This document shows, one piece after another, positions 27,350-37,600 of a DNA stretch of 49,325 bases. The notes beneath the pieces are model-generated. The model was not told where the DNA came from. It saw only the letters and a list, made by a program, of their open reading frames with translations, and ran no database searches. The translations under genes were made by a program, and so were the position numbers. Source of the stretch: a virus (Duplodnaviria > Caudoviricetes); IMG/VR virus record IMGVR_UViG_3300044646_000320, positions 1 through 49,325 of that record; one strand, written 5' to 3'. Each line of letters opens with the position of its first letter. Position 1 is the first letter of the stretch.

Positions 27350-29900
27350 GGGCGGCGGAGCGCAGCAGGCAACGCAGACCACCGTTCAGGACGTTCCTGA
27401 ATGGGCGAAGCCTTACTACACCGACATCCTCCAGAAGGCGAAGGCTGCAAGTGAACAGCCCTACGTTCCTTATGAGGGGCCTCGTCTCGCCGAAACTCCA
27501 TACGACATCTCCACCTCTGAGGAGATGATTAGAGGCATTGCCGCCACCCCAACTCCCGGCCTCGCTGATGCCATGGGAACGATGAGCGGCCTTGGGCAGC
27601 AGGCGATGCAGCTCGGACAACAACAGCCGTCTCGATTCTACGAGTCGGGGTTCAGAGGGACGAACGTCTCTCCATATGCTGGGTTTCAGGAGGGCTTCGC
27701 TCGTCCGTACATGGGTTTCTCCCCCACCCTAGGAGAAGAGTACACGGGGTTCGAAGCTGGTGCTGCTCAGCCGTATGCTGGTTTCGAGCAGGCTCAGTTT
27801 GAACAGACCAGAGTTTCTCCCTATGCTGGCTTCAGGGGCACTCAGGTTTCCCCTTATGCCGACTTCAGCATGTACCAGCCGGAAGAGTACTCTACCTTTG
27901 CAGAGAGGGCAGTGTCTCCCTATGCAGGTTTCCAAGCTGGCCAAGCGACCCCTTACGCAGGCTTCGAGGCCTACCAGCCTGAACAGATTGCTTCGTTCAG
28001 GGAGCGTGAAGTCACTCCTTTTGCAGAGTTTCGGCAGGCTGGAGTAACTCCGTACTCTGAGTTCGAAGCGTATGCGCCTGAGCGCTTCACTGGGTTCGAG
28101 GCTGGAGCTGCCACGCCGTTCGCTGGGTTCGAGGAGAGGGGCGCTCAGGAGTTCCAGCTTGACCCATCTCGCCAGTTCACTGGTGCTGAGGTCGAGCAGT
28201 ACATGTCTCCCTACATGGAGAGCGTGGTCGCCCGTCAGGAAGAGGAAGCCATTCGTCAGGCTGAGCGTCAGCGCGCTGGTCGTGCTGCAAGCGCCATTGG
28301 TGCTGGTGCTTTCGGTGGATCTCGTCAGGCAGTTCAGGAGTCCCTCGCAGAGGAGGCGCTTGGTCGTCAGCTTGGAGACATCAGGGCCACTGGTCTTCAG
28401 GCTGCGTATGAACAGGCTGCTCGTCAGTTTGAGTCGGATCGTGCAGCTCAAGCTGCTCTTCAGCAGCAGCGCGTTGCTGAGGCGGCTCGGGTTCAGGGCA
28501 TCTCCACAGAAGAAGCGGCTCGCGTCCAGCAGGCTCGCGCTGCGGAACTCGCTCGCACTCAGGGCATCAGCATCGAAGAGGCAGCGAGGATTCAGCAGGC
28601 CAGAGCGGCAGAGGAAGCGAGATTCCAAGGGATGTCGGCAGAAGAAGCTGCTCGCATCCAGCAGTCAAGGGCAGCAGAACTCGCGAGGGTTCAAGGAATC
28701 GGTGTCGAAGAAGCTGCTCGTGTTCAACAGGCCAGAGCAGCTGAGCTGGCGAGGATTCAGGGCATCTCTGTTGATGAGGCTGCTCGCGTTGAAGCTGCTA
28801 CCGCCAATGAACTTGCTCGCTTCCAGCAGATGGAAGCTGGAGAGTTCGCTCGAATGCAGCAGTCTCAAGCGGCAGAGCTTGCTCGTGTGCAGGGTATCTC
28901 GATTGAAGAAGCCGCTCGTGTACAGCAGAGCAGGGCGGCAGAGCTTGCCAGAACTCAAGGCATCTCCGTCGATGAAGCTGCTCGGGTTCAGGCTGCAACG
29001 GCTGGAGAGAGGGCGCGCATCCAACAGATGGGTGCAAGTGAACTTGCCAGATTGCAGGAGTCTCAGGCCGCTGAGCTAGCCCGCATTCAGGGTATCTCTG
29101 TTGATGAAGCGGCAAGGGTTCAGCAGGCAAGAGCTGCCGAGATCGCTCGGGTTCAAGGCATCACGGTAGATGAAGCCGCCCGTGTTCAGGCTGCAAGGGC
29201 CTCTGAGGAAGCTCGTGTGCAGCAGTCCAGAGCTGCTGAGCTTGCAAGAACCCAAGGCATCAGCATCGATGAAGCTGCCCGCGTACAGGCCGCTACAGCC
29301 GCAGAGAGAGCCCGTCTTCAAGCGATGGACGCAGAGGAGTTCGCACGCGTTCAACAGTCTCAGGCGGCTGAACTGGCGCGTGTGCAGGGCATCTCCATCG
29401 ATGAAGCAGCAAGGGTCCAGCAACTGCAAGCGGCAGAGCTTGCTCGCGTTCAAGGGATTACCGTTGACGAGGCTGCGAGGGTTCAAGCGGCAAGGGCCAC
29501 TGAGGCTGCTCGCGTTCAGGAAGCCAGAGCCAATGAGGCGATGCGCCAGCGTCAGTTCCAGCTCGAAACCATGGGCTTCACGGCAGATCAGGCTCGCGGC
29601 ATAGCCGACCTCGGAGAGAGGGCGAGGGCCGGAGACATTCAGGCGGCACAGCTCCTTGAAGCTCAAGGCCTCGGACAGATGGCAAGAGAGCAGGCAGGGA
29701 TCGACATCGCCTATCAGGACTTCCTGCGTCAGCAGGGATACCCGATCTCCCAGCTCGGTGCCTACTCCCAGTTCATTCGTGGTCTTCCCGTGTCCGACGC
29801 GGGAACGGCAACGACATATATGCCGCAACCCAGCCCATTCCAGCAGGCTCTCGGCGCTGGTATCTCCGCATACGGTCTCTATAGGGGTCTTCAGGGATGA
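27342..29900 (+). CDS. Internal virion / DNA-ejection protein with two mirror-ordered repeat arrays
   Basis: MSKGGG..Q.T....VPEW.KPY N-terminus; YMSPY...GAFGGSR core; C-terminal PSPFQQALGAGI; two repeat arrays. Confidence 0.75.
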   Translation: MSKGGGAQQATQTTVQDVPEWAKPYYTDILQKAKAASEQPYVPYEGPRLAETPYDISTSEEMIRGIAATPTPGLADAMGTMSGLGQQAMQLGQQQPSRFYESGFRGTNVSPYAGFQEGFARPYMGFSPTLGEEYTGFEAGAAQPYAGFEQAQFEQTRVSPYAGFRGTQVSPYADFSMYQPEEYSTFAERAVSPYAGFQAGQATPYAGFEAYQPEQIASFREREVTPFAEFRQAGVTPYSEFEAYAPERFTGFEAGAATPFAGFEERGAQEFQLDPSRQFTGAEVEQYMSPYMESVVARQEEEAIRQAERQRAGRAASAIGAGAFGGSRQAVQESLAEEALGRQLGDIRATGLQAAYEQAARQFESDRAAQAALQQQRVAEAARVQGISTEEAARVQQARAAELARTQGISIEEAARIQQARAAEEARFQGMSAEEAARIQQSRAAELARVQGIGVEEAARVQQARAAELARIQGISVDEAARVEAATANELARFQQMEAGEFARMQQSQAAELARVQGISIEEAARVQQSRAAELARTQGISVDEAARVQAATAGERARIQQMGASELARLQESQAAELARIQGISVDEAARVQQARAAEIARVQGITVDEAARVQAARASEEARVQQSRAAELARTQGISIDEAARVQAATAAERARLQAMDAEEFARVQQSQAAELARVQGISIDEAARVQQLQAAELARVQGITVDEAARVQAARATEAARVQEARANEAMRQRQFQLETMGFTADQARGIADLGERARAGDIQAAQLLEAQGLGQMAREQAGIDIAYQDFLRQQGYPISQLGAYSQFIRGLPVSDAGTATTYMPQPSPFQQALGAGISAYGLYRGLQG
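27633..28172 (+). repeat. Coding tandem repeat A: 11-aa units (xxxP[YF]xxFxxx or xxEx[YFI]xxFxxx) with 5-aa half units
   Basis: aa 98-277 of the 852-aa protein, parsed by hand; 33-nt period. Confidence 0.9.
28461..29549 (+). repeat. Coding tandem repeat B: 22-aa units (QQ.RAAELARV-QGIS.DEAARV) with 11-aa half units
   Basis: aa 374-736, strict 11-residue period, helical composition. Confidence 0.95.
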
Positions 29901-31579
29901 TGAACGTCATCGAAGTGCAGGAAGCTCTCAAGGGCATGCCTATGGAGCAACTCGTTCGCGAGATGCAGATGCCGTCAGGTCAGGCACCTCAGTTCCTCGT
30001 CCTCAGCGAGATCACGCGCCGTAGGGAGATGGAGAAAGAGTACGCCCAGAGACAGCAGGCACCTCAGACAACCGTCGCTCAAGATGCTGTTGCAGCAGCC
30101 GGTGTGCCTCAGGGTGGCATCGCCGACATGGCAAGGGCAATGGCTCCTCGCACCGACATGACGATGAACACCGGAGCCTCCCAAGCTCCTGTTCAGGGGA
30201 TGGCACGAGGCGGGTATGTGCAGAAGATGCAGACCGGCGGTCCCGTCGTCCGTGGCGGTATGATCATCGACAACCCTCCAGAGCAATTCCTCATGGACCC
30301 ATCGATGGTCCAGATGGCATCGATGATGGGGATGACGCCTGAGCAGTACTGGAGGTCTCTCAGCCCAGAGAGCCGCAGGGCTCAACTTGAAATGTACGGT
30401 CAGCAAAGACCGGGGCTTACCCAGAGCCCGTTCCAAGATCGTGCTCTGAGAATGTACGATCCTTCCAGACCCTCCCCGGGGATGGTTGATCTTGATGCTG
30501 CGGCAGGGGCCGAGGCTATCTACAAGCCCATCCGTGAGCGCAGAGAGGCTCAGGCAGGGCGCATGACTGGCTTTGAGCCGGTCGGTGGTGGCCTGAGCGA
30601 TCTCATGGGCAGCTCCTCGTATGCTCGCCCTGAGTTTGCAGGAGAGCTTCCTGAGGCCGGATCTGTGTACGATAGGCCCATGACGGCAGAAGACCTTCTC
30701 GCCGCCTCTGCTGGGCCTGCTGCGCAGGTTCTTTCTCCACCCGCAACCACTCCAGAAACAACGAGTGCTCCAAGATACCCCGGATGGGGAGCCGATCAAA
30801 CTGTAGCTCCGTATAGTTCTCTCAGAAACTTTTTCTTCCCCGGTGGGGAGGGAGATGGCTATCAAGAATCTGCGGAAGCTATGTCATCTCTACCTCCAAG
30901 CGCCGTCGAAGAGCCTGCGCTTGAGCAGCCGGGGATGACATCAGGTACGCCTCTATCTGCTGCTGGACCCGGCGGTATCGATGCGCTCATGCCGCCTGCT
31001 GATGCTGCGCCCGTCGTCACGCCAGAAGCTCCAGAGGAAGCCCCAGATGTTGCGCGCGATACCGGTGGGGCTGGCGGCGCTGGAGGCGCTGGAGGCATCG
31101 CAGCCGCCATGTCCCCTCTCGAAACAGAGCTGTCCAGCATTCTCCAGCGCAGGGAGCGGCAGGCAGAGCAGGACAAGTGGCTTGCTCTTGCTCAGGCAGG
31201 GATGACCCTCATGTCTTCGAGGGAACCGAACATTGCCGGTGCAATTGGAGAGGCTGGTCTTGTCGGACTTGAGCAGTTCAGGTCGGCAAGGGATCAGTAC
31301 GAAAAGGATCGCCTGCAACTCATGACGGCTCAGGAGCAGCTCAGAGGTGCTCGTGTTGCTGCTGGTGCGCGCGCATCTGCTGCACAAAAGCGACCGTCAT
31401 TAAAGCCTTCTGACATCTCTACATACTATCAAAGGAGAGCTGATATACTGAAACAGATGTCAGAATCTTTTGATGAAGAATATAAAGAACTTCTTCGTCG
31501 AGAATTGATAAAACTAGAGATGGACTTCCGTGCTTCATCTGGATCTGTTTTTGACGCAGCAGACACCGGGGAAGGCTGA
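29897..31579 (+). CDS. Internal virion / ejection protein
   Basis: P.FLVLSEI.RR N-terminus; MARGGYVQKMQTGG; Pro/Ala low-complexity middle; LAQAG..LM...IAGAIGEAG amphipathic C-terminal part. Confidence 0.65.
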   Translation: MMNVIEVQEALKGMPMEQLVREMQMPSGQAPQFLVLSEITRRREMEKEYAQRQQAPQTTVAQDAVAAAGVPQGGIADMARAMAPRTDMTMNTGASQAPVQGMARGGYVQKMQTGGPVVRGGMIIDNPPEQFLMDPSMVQMASMMGMTPEQYWRSLSPESRRAQLEMYGQQRPGLTQSPFQDRALRMYDPSRPSPGMVDLDAAAGAEAIYKPIRERREAQAGRMTGFEPVGGGLSDLMGSSSYARPEFAGELPEAGSVYDRPMTAEDLLAASAGPAAQVLSPPATTPETTSAPRYPGWGADQTVAPYSSLRNFFFPGGEGDGYQESAEAMSSLPPSAVEEPALEQPGMTSGTPLSAAGPGGIDALMPPADAAPVVTPEAPEEAPDVARDTGGAGGAGGAGGIAAAMSPLETELSSILQRRERQAEQDKWLALAQAGMTLMSSREPNIAGAIGEAGLVGLEQFRSARDQYEKDRLQLMTAQEQLRGARVAAGARASAAQKRPSLKPSDISTYYQRRADILKQMSESFDEEYKELLRRELIKLEMDFRASSGSVFDAADTGEG

Positions 31580-31583
31580 CATG

Positions 31584-31641
31584 TAGACTATTGGCATGAG
31601 GTGGGTTACACTCTCCGCAGCACTACGGAGATCGCCTCATG
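31584..31641 (+). promoter_or_regulatory. Sigma70-like promoter and RBS-sequestering hairpin for the giant gene
   Basis: TAGACT-N17-TACACT (31584-31612); CATGAGGTG/CGCCTCATG and TCTCCG/CGGAGA pairings cover the SD and ATG. Confidence 0.55.
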
Positions 31642-34600
31642 GCCGTCATATACGTCCCCGGCCCGCTTAGCGGGCAGCAGTACGCCGTAAACATCGCAGG
31701 GGACGTACCGACCCCGGCAGAGCAAGCTCGGATCGATCAGTATATCTCCCAGCAGGAAGCTGCCTTCCAGTCGCAGTACGAGTCTATGTTCGGCTCTGTG
31801 GGCGCTGAACAGCAACCAGCCCCTGAAGACACCACGGCATTCGGTAGAGGCATCGACCAAGGTGTTGCCTCCCTCATGAGAGCTTATGGCTCTGCCGTTG
31901 AGGGTGTCGGAAGGACAACCGGCATTGAGACGCTTCAGCAGTATGGTGCTGATGTCGCTGCGAGAAGGTCAGAAGAGCTTGAACGTCTCGCTGAAGCCGC
32001 CGCCCTTGAGAAAGAGCGTGAAGCTCAGGGCGTTGTTGGTGGCGCGGCAACCTACGTCGGAGAGATCGCAGGTCAATCAGCTCCGCAGACAGCCGTTTCT
32101 CTCGCTGGTGGTATCGCCGGAGCGAAGGCTGGTGCTGCTGTTGGCGCATTCGGTGGCCCGGTTGGCGCAGCCGTAGGCAGCGTGATCGGCGGTCTCGGAG
32201 GTGCTGCTCTTGCATCTCTCCCGTACTTCTACGGCGACTACAGGGAGCAGCAGAAAGAAGCTGACGTTGAGGCAGGTCGTCCTGTTGAGGTGAGCGAGGG
32301 AGCTGCTGCACTGGCCGCTGTGCCCGCTTCTGTTCTCGATGGTGTGCTCTCTGCTGTTGGAGCGAAGTACGGTGCCAACGTCCTGAAGAACGCGGCGAAG
32401 GGCGGATTGTTCACGAGGGCGGCTCGCGGAGCTGCCGGTGGTGTTGCCGTCGAAGTACCGACCGAAATCGGTCAGGAGCTGCTTGGCATCGTACAGGCTG
32501 GCGAAGATCCCCTGAGTGACAACGCGATCAAGCGATACGGAGAGGCTGCACTTGGTGCCGCTGTCCTTGGTGGTGGTATTGGCGCTGTTGGTGGTGCCGC
32601 CGTCACTGGACGCAAAGCAGAAGAAGAACGCAAGAAGCGAGAACTCGACGAGGACATGGAAGAACTCGCCGCTCGTGGCGAGCAGTACATCCAGAATGCA
32701 AGGCAGAGCAGATCGAAGGAAGTTGCGGAGAGGGTCGTGTCTCCGCAGCCTGATCTTCCTATGCTTCCATCTCCTGTTGAACCGGCTCGCACCACGCCGC
32801 AGGAAGAAACATCCCTGCGTGGTAGGGCGGGCATGGAGGCCATCACCCCCACGCGCCCAGTTCTCCTGACAGATCTCCCCCTCGAAGAGAGAGTCGCCAT
32901 TTCTCGCGCCCGTGAGAGCGCAGGCAGAGAGGCATCTCCAGAGACAACGCTGGACGAGATTCAGGCTGTTGTCGGCACGGCTGCATCAGACAGGGAGGCC
33001 AAGAAGCAGAAGCCCATCACTGGTGGAGTTGCTCGCTTCGGACCTGTCGAGAACAAGACTTTCACGCAAGAACAGTACGATAGGGCTGTCCAACAGGTTA
33101 AGGCTGACAAGGGCGTCAGCTTCCCGAAGATCCAGAAGGCCATCAGAGATGTCACCAAGAAGACTGTACCGAATACAGTCGTTCGGGACATCAGGGACGA
33201 GATGGTCCGTCGCGGTGTTGTCAGGGCTGACACCAAGTCGCGCACCGGCTACACGCTTGAGCCCGTCGCCAAGACAGAGACAATCGAAACAAGCCTCAGG
33301 AGAGAGATCGATACCCTGAACAAGGAGATCGACCGCTCGCAGAAGGATCGCACCAACCTTGTCGAAGAGGTTCGCAGGGTAGAGCAGACTGGAAAGAACT
33401 CTGCTGGAAAGAAGGCAAGTGCCGCCGACTACAACCAGAGGCTCGACACGCTCGACGCATCTATTGGTGCTGCAAAGGCTCGCGTTGCAGCAGCAGAGGT
33501 CGAGATCAAGAACGCCAAGGATGCTGGGCGCATACCTTCGGTAGAGGCTGCTGCTCTTGAGTCCACGAAGGTCAGGGCACCTGTAGAGGCTGGCACCGTA
33601 GAGTCAGTCCAGCAGCGCATGGATGCCATCAGCCAGAGCATCAGTGCTTATGACCAGCAGATCTCTGATGCGGAGAAAGCCGCCGCCAATCTCCGCAAGC
33701 AGCAGAAAAAAGTTCAATTGAACAATGCGCAGAAGGCGCAGCTTCAGCAGTACGAGACCACGATAGCGAACCTCAGGAAGCTTCGAGAGACTGCCGCTGC
33801 CCGTATCAAGAACCCTTCTGCTGTTGTTCAGGCTGAGAAGGAAAGGCAGAACGCCGCTCAGGCTAGGTACAACTCTGCTCTCATCACAGAGCCGACCAAC
33901 TACACCCCATCATTCGACGCTCAGCAGCAGAAGGTCTTTGGAGCCCTCAGGAAGCGTCTGGACAATCTCGGTCTCAAGGATGTCAGGCTTGAGGGTTCTC
34001 AGGTCATGCTGGCCAGAGATCAATCCGGCAAGCCCATTGGCGTTGCAGAGGGCAAGTACAACCCCACCAAGAAGATCATCAGCCTGTCTATGGGCATCTA
34101 CAAGCCGGGCATGTCGAGTCAGGAATTGTTCGATTCGATCTCTGGCGTGATGAACCACGAGGTGATCCACGCACTTCGACTCATGAACGTGTTCAAGGAG
34201 AAGGAGTGGAATACCCTCACGAACTATGCCCGCAATCGCAGGTACGTTGCCATCAAGCAGGGCAAGCCTACAGAGCGCAGCTACACCTACGCAGAGCGCG
34301 CAAGGGCGATGGGTTACGATGATGGCGTCATCGATGAAGAGTCTGTGGCAGAGCTGTTCAGGGACTATCTGGACGGCAAGACCACCGTCAAAGGGCCTCA
34401 GAGAAAGTTCTTCGAACGGCTGAAGGCATTCTTCAAGAGCCTCATCGGTGTGCATGTCGATTCTGGTTTCGACTCACCGGAGAAGATCTTCGAGGACATC
34501 AGGTTCGGTCGCATCGGCGCTCGTGAGCGCGCTCCTGTCGAAGAGCCTGTAGTCAGGGAATCTCGTGCTGCCGCACAACAGGCGACGATGGACCCTGACT

Positions 34601-37600
34601 TCATGAAGTGGGCCTCCGAGCCAGAGGGGAAGAGGGTCGTAACGGATGATCAGGGGGCACCTGTCGTCTATTACACAGGGACTTCGAAGGACAAAGACTT
34701 TGCTGAGTTCAACGTCAGCCGACACGGTGGATGGTTCACTACCAACCCTGACGAGGCGAGTTCTTACGCCCTTGAGAACGACAGCATGGGCTTCCAGAGA
34801 GATGGCTGGAACATCATCAAGACAAACACTGCTTCCCGTGTAATTCCTGCTTTCATCAGGGTGGCAAACCCATACCGTGGGCCAAAGCCTGAAAGCGTGA
34901 TGCTGAAGGATAACTACAAGAAAGCTCAGACTGAGTGGTTCGACACGCTGCGCGCTCAGGGCTACGATTCTTGGATGCCGAAAGACACGCCGGGCCTTCT
35001 CGTTGTTCTCGGAGATCCACAGCAGGTGAAGTCTGTCTTCGCTCGTGGCGGCGTCGGCAAGAAGACCATGAGCCGTTTCTCCAACGTTCCGATCAGCCCC
35101 AGACTCAAGGCTCTTTCTGTTATTGACAGGATCGATAGTGACGGAAACTTCAGGGATGTCGCCCCGAGGAACAAGAAAGGTAAACGAATTGCAAATGTTA
35201 ACAAGGAAGACGCAGTCCGCATGCTTCAAGCGGATAGAGGTAACTTTGTATTCGACCTGAATGATCCTAACTCTGCTGACGATATCGCCACCATCATGGC
35301 TGCTGAGGCGGAGACTGCTCTCGCCGGAGATACAAGCGCTCTTGGATGGTATGACAGGCTGGTCTCCCTGTCGAAGAGGGTTGTGTCTATCCTTCATCCA
35401 GAAATCTTGGTGGACAGAGACGCTGCGCATGCCTTTGACTACGCCACTGCCGTGGCATCGAACGGTTTGTCTGTGAAGGACAACTACATCCTTGCCAACA
35501 AGCAGTATGAGAACTGGAAGAAGACAGGGTACTTTATAGAGGGCAGTGAAGGAACTTCCGGCAAGCAAGGCGTTTCGATGGAGAGCGCCTTCAAGGCATA
35601 CAACGACATGAAGCGCCCTGTGGAAAGGGGCGGTCTTGGCATGACAGATAGTGAGATCATTGATTTCCTGTCATCCAGAATGACTGTTGGCGACCTCAGA
35701 AAGAACGAAGTTGTTCAGAGGCTTGGTATCAATGTTGATGCCAAGGAAAAAGCTGGAACAGTCATCAACGGTTCCTACATCATTGGACCGAAGATTGGTC
35801 AGGGCTTCTATCAAAACCTGCGCGGCAACTTCGATCAGTTGACGATGGATCGCTGGTGGATGCGGTTCTTCAACAGGATCACCGGCAATCCGTTCAAAAC
35901 TTACGGAGAAAACACAATCAACAACGGAATCAACCGTCTTCGCGACACGATGGTAGATCCGTCTGATGTGCCAATGATCCTTCAGGCTATGAAGAATATT
36001 GATGCAGATATTCTTACAGATGAAGTTGTTGGTCAGCTATCAATAGAGATCGATAAACTCTATCAGAGAGCATATGCTGCCGCTCCAAAGGGTGATAAGC
36101 CTGTCAAGACTAACGTGTTCTTGGCAGCTAATGCCTTGAGACCGAAGATCGAAGGGGAACTTGAAGAATCCCCGAGGAATGCAACAGACCGCGACTTCAT
36201 GAGGGCAGTAACGCGGCTTGCTGTAGACAAGCTTGCAAGGGCTACCAATGTCCGTCTGGACATGGCTGACTTCCAAGCACTGATGTGGTACTGGGAGAAG
36301 AGGCTCTGGCGCTCTCTCGGCATCCGTCAAGGTCGCGGCGAAGACAACGACTATGTAGACGGCGCAATAGAACTTCTCAGGAAACAAGGGGTACCAGACA
36401 GTGAAATCCTCCAAGCACTCCCCGACAGTGAACGACAGCGGCTCGATACTGGACCAGATACCGGAAGAGATGAGGATGAAGTTCCTTCAGGAGTTGGTGG
36501 AAGACTGGAGGAAAAAGACCGCATTGCAGCAGAAGGAAGGGACGCCTCCCAACGAGGAAACTCTCCAATCGACAGGAGGTACTCGGTCGTCCCGGGACGA
36601 GGAGTCGGAGGACTCGGAACTCGGGAAGCTGCGGGTCGCTCGCTGGCGGAACCAGAACAAGGGCTTGCTCTCCCGCCGCTAGAGCCACTGCCGGGAGCGC
36701 CCCGTGTCGAGGGCTTTACCGGACCAGACCCCAACCTTGTAAGGGTTGCAGAGGGCTACGCGAAGAGCATCGGTCTGAATCTTCGTCGTCAGTCTGAATA
36801 CGTCGATGTCGATCCAGACAGAACTGCGCGCATTGCTGCGGCGTACGATGCAATGCCTCATGCTCCGCAAGACCCGAAGGTCAAGGAAGCATACCAGAAC
36901 CTGATCCGTCAGACGCTGGCACAGTACAGTGCGCTGGCTGATGATGGGTACCGTTTCTGGTTCACCGACCTGTCCCGCGCAAACAACGAGGAGTATCTGT
37001 CATCTCCTTGGAATGCCATGAGAGACATCAGGGCGAACAAGAGAATGGGCGTCTTCCCGACGCTTGAAGGGTTCGGATCTGGGGCAACTGAACTCAACGT
37101 CGAAGACAACCCCATGCTTGAGGACACTGGCCTTCGTTGGCCGGTCGGCTCTCCTGACAGCGAGCAGAAAGCTCCAGTCCTTGCAAACGACCTGTTCCGT
37201 GCCGTTCACGACGCATTCGGTCATGGTCTGGAAGGCTCTGGCTTCCGCGCTCGTGGAGAAGAGAACGCTTGGCAGGCACATGTACGTCTCTTCAACGGGT
37301 CTGCTGTTGGCGCCATCACATCGGAGACGAGGGGTCAGAACTCATGGCTCAACTACGGTCCCTATGGTGATGCCAACCGCTCTGCGAAGGTGGAAGACAC
37401 TGTCTTCGCTGATCAGAAGACTGGCCTCATGCCGTCGTGGACTTGGGAAGAGGGCAGGGCAGGGGACATGCCGCAGGAAACACCTGCTGCATCCAATCCC
37501 CCCACTCAACTCCTGCGCCGCTCAATGGTTCCTGTGCGCAACTCTGTTGCGGCAAATGCCCAGCGTCAGACGGCAAGGAAGCAGACAGGCGTCATCTACT

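Noticed and set aside
28072-29079. 335-aa alternative-frame ORF within the repeat gene
   Set aside because: A Leu/Arg/Ser-rich by-product of repeat periodicity, with no clear RBS, unlike the overprinted ORF at 25390.
28461-29549. 33-nt periodic DNA repeats as a possible CRISPR array
   Set aside because: They are in-frame, degenerate at third codon positions and lack unique spacers; they are protein repeats.
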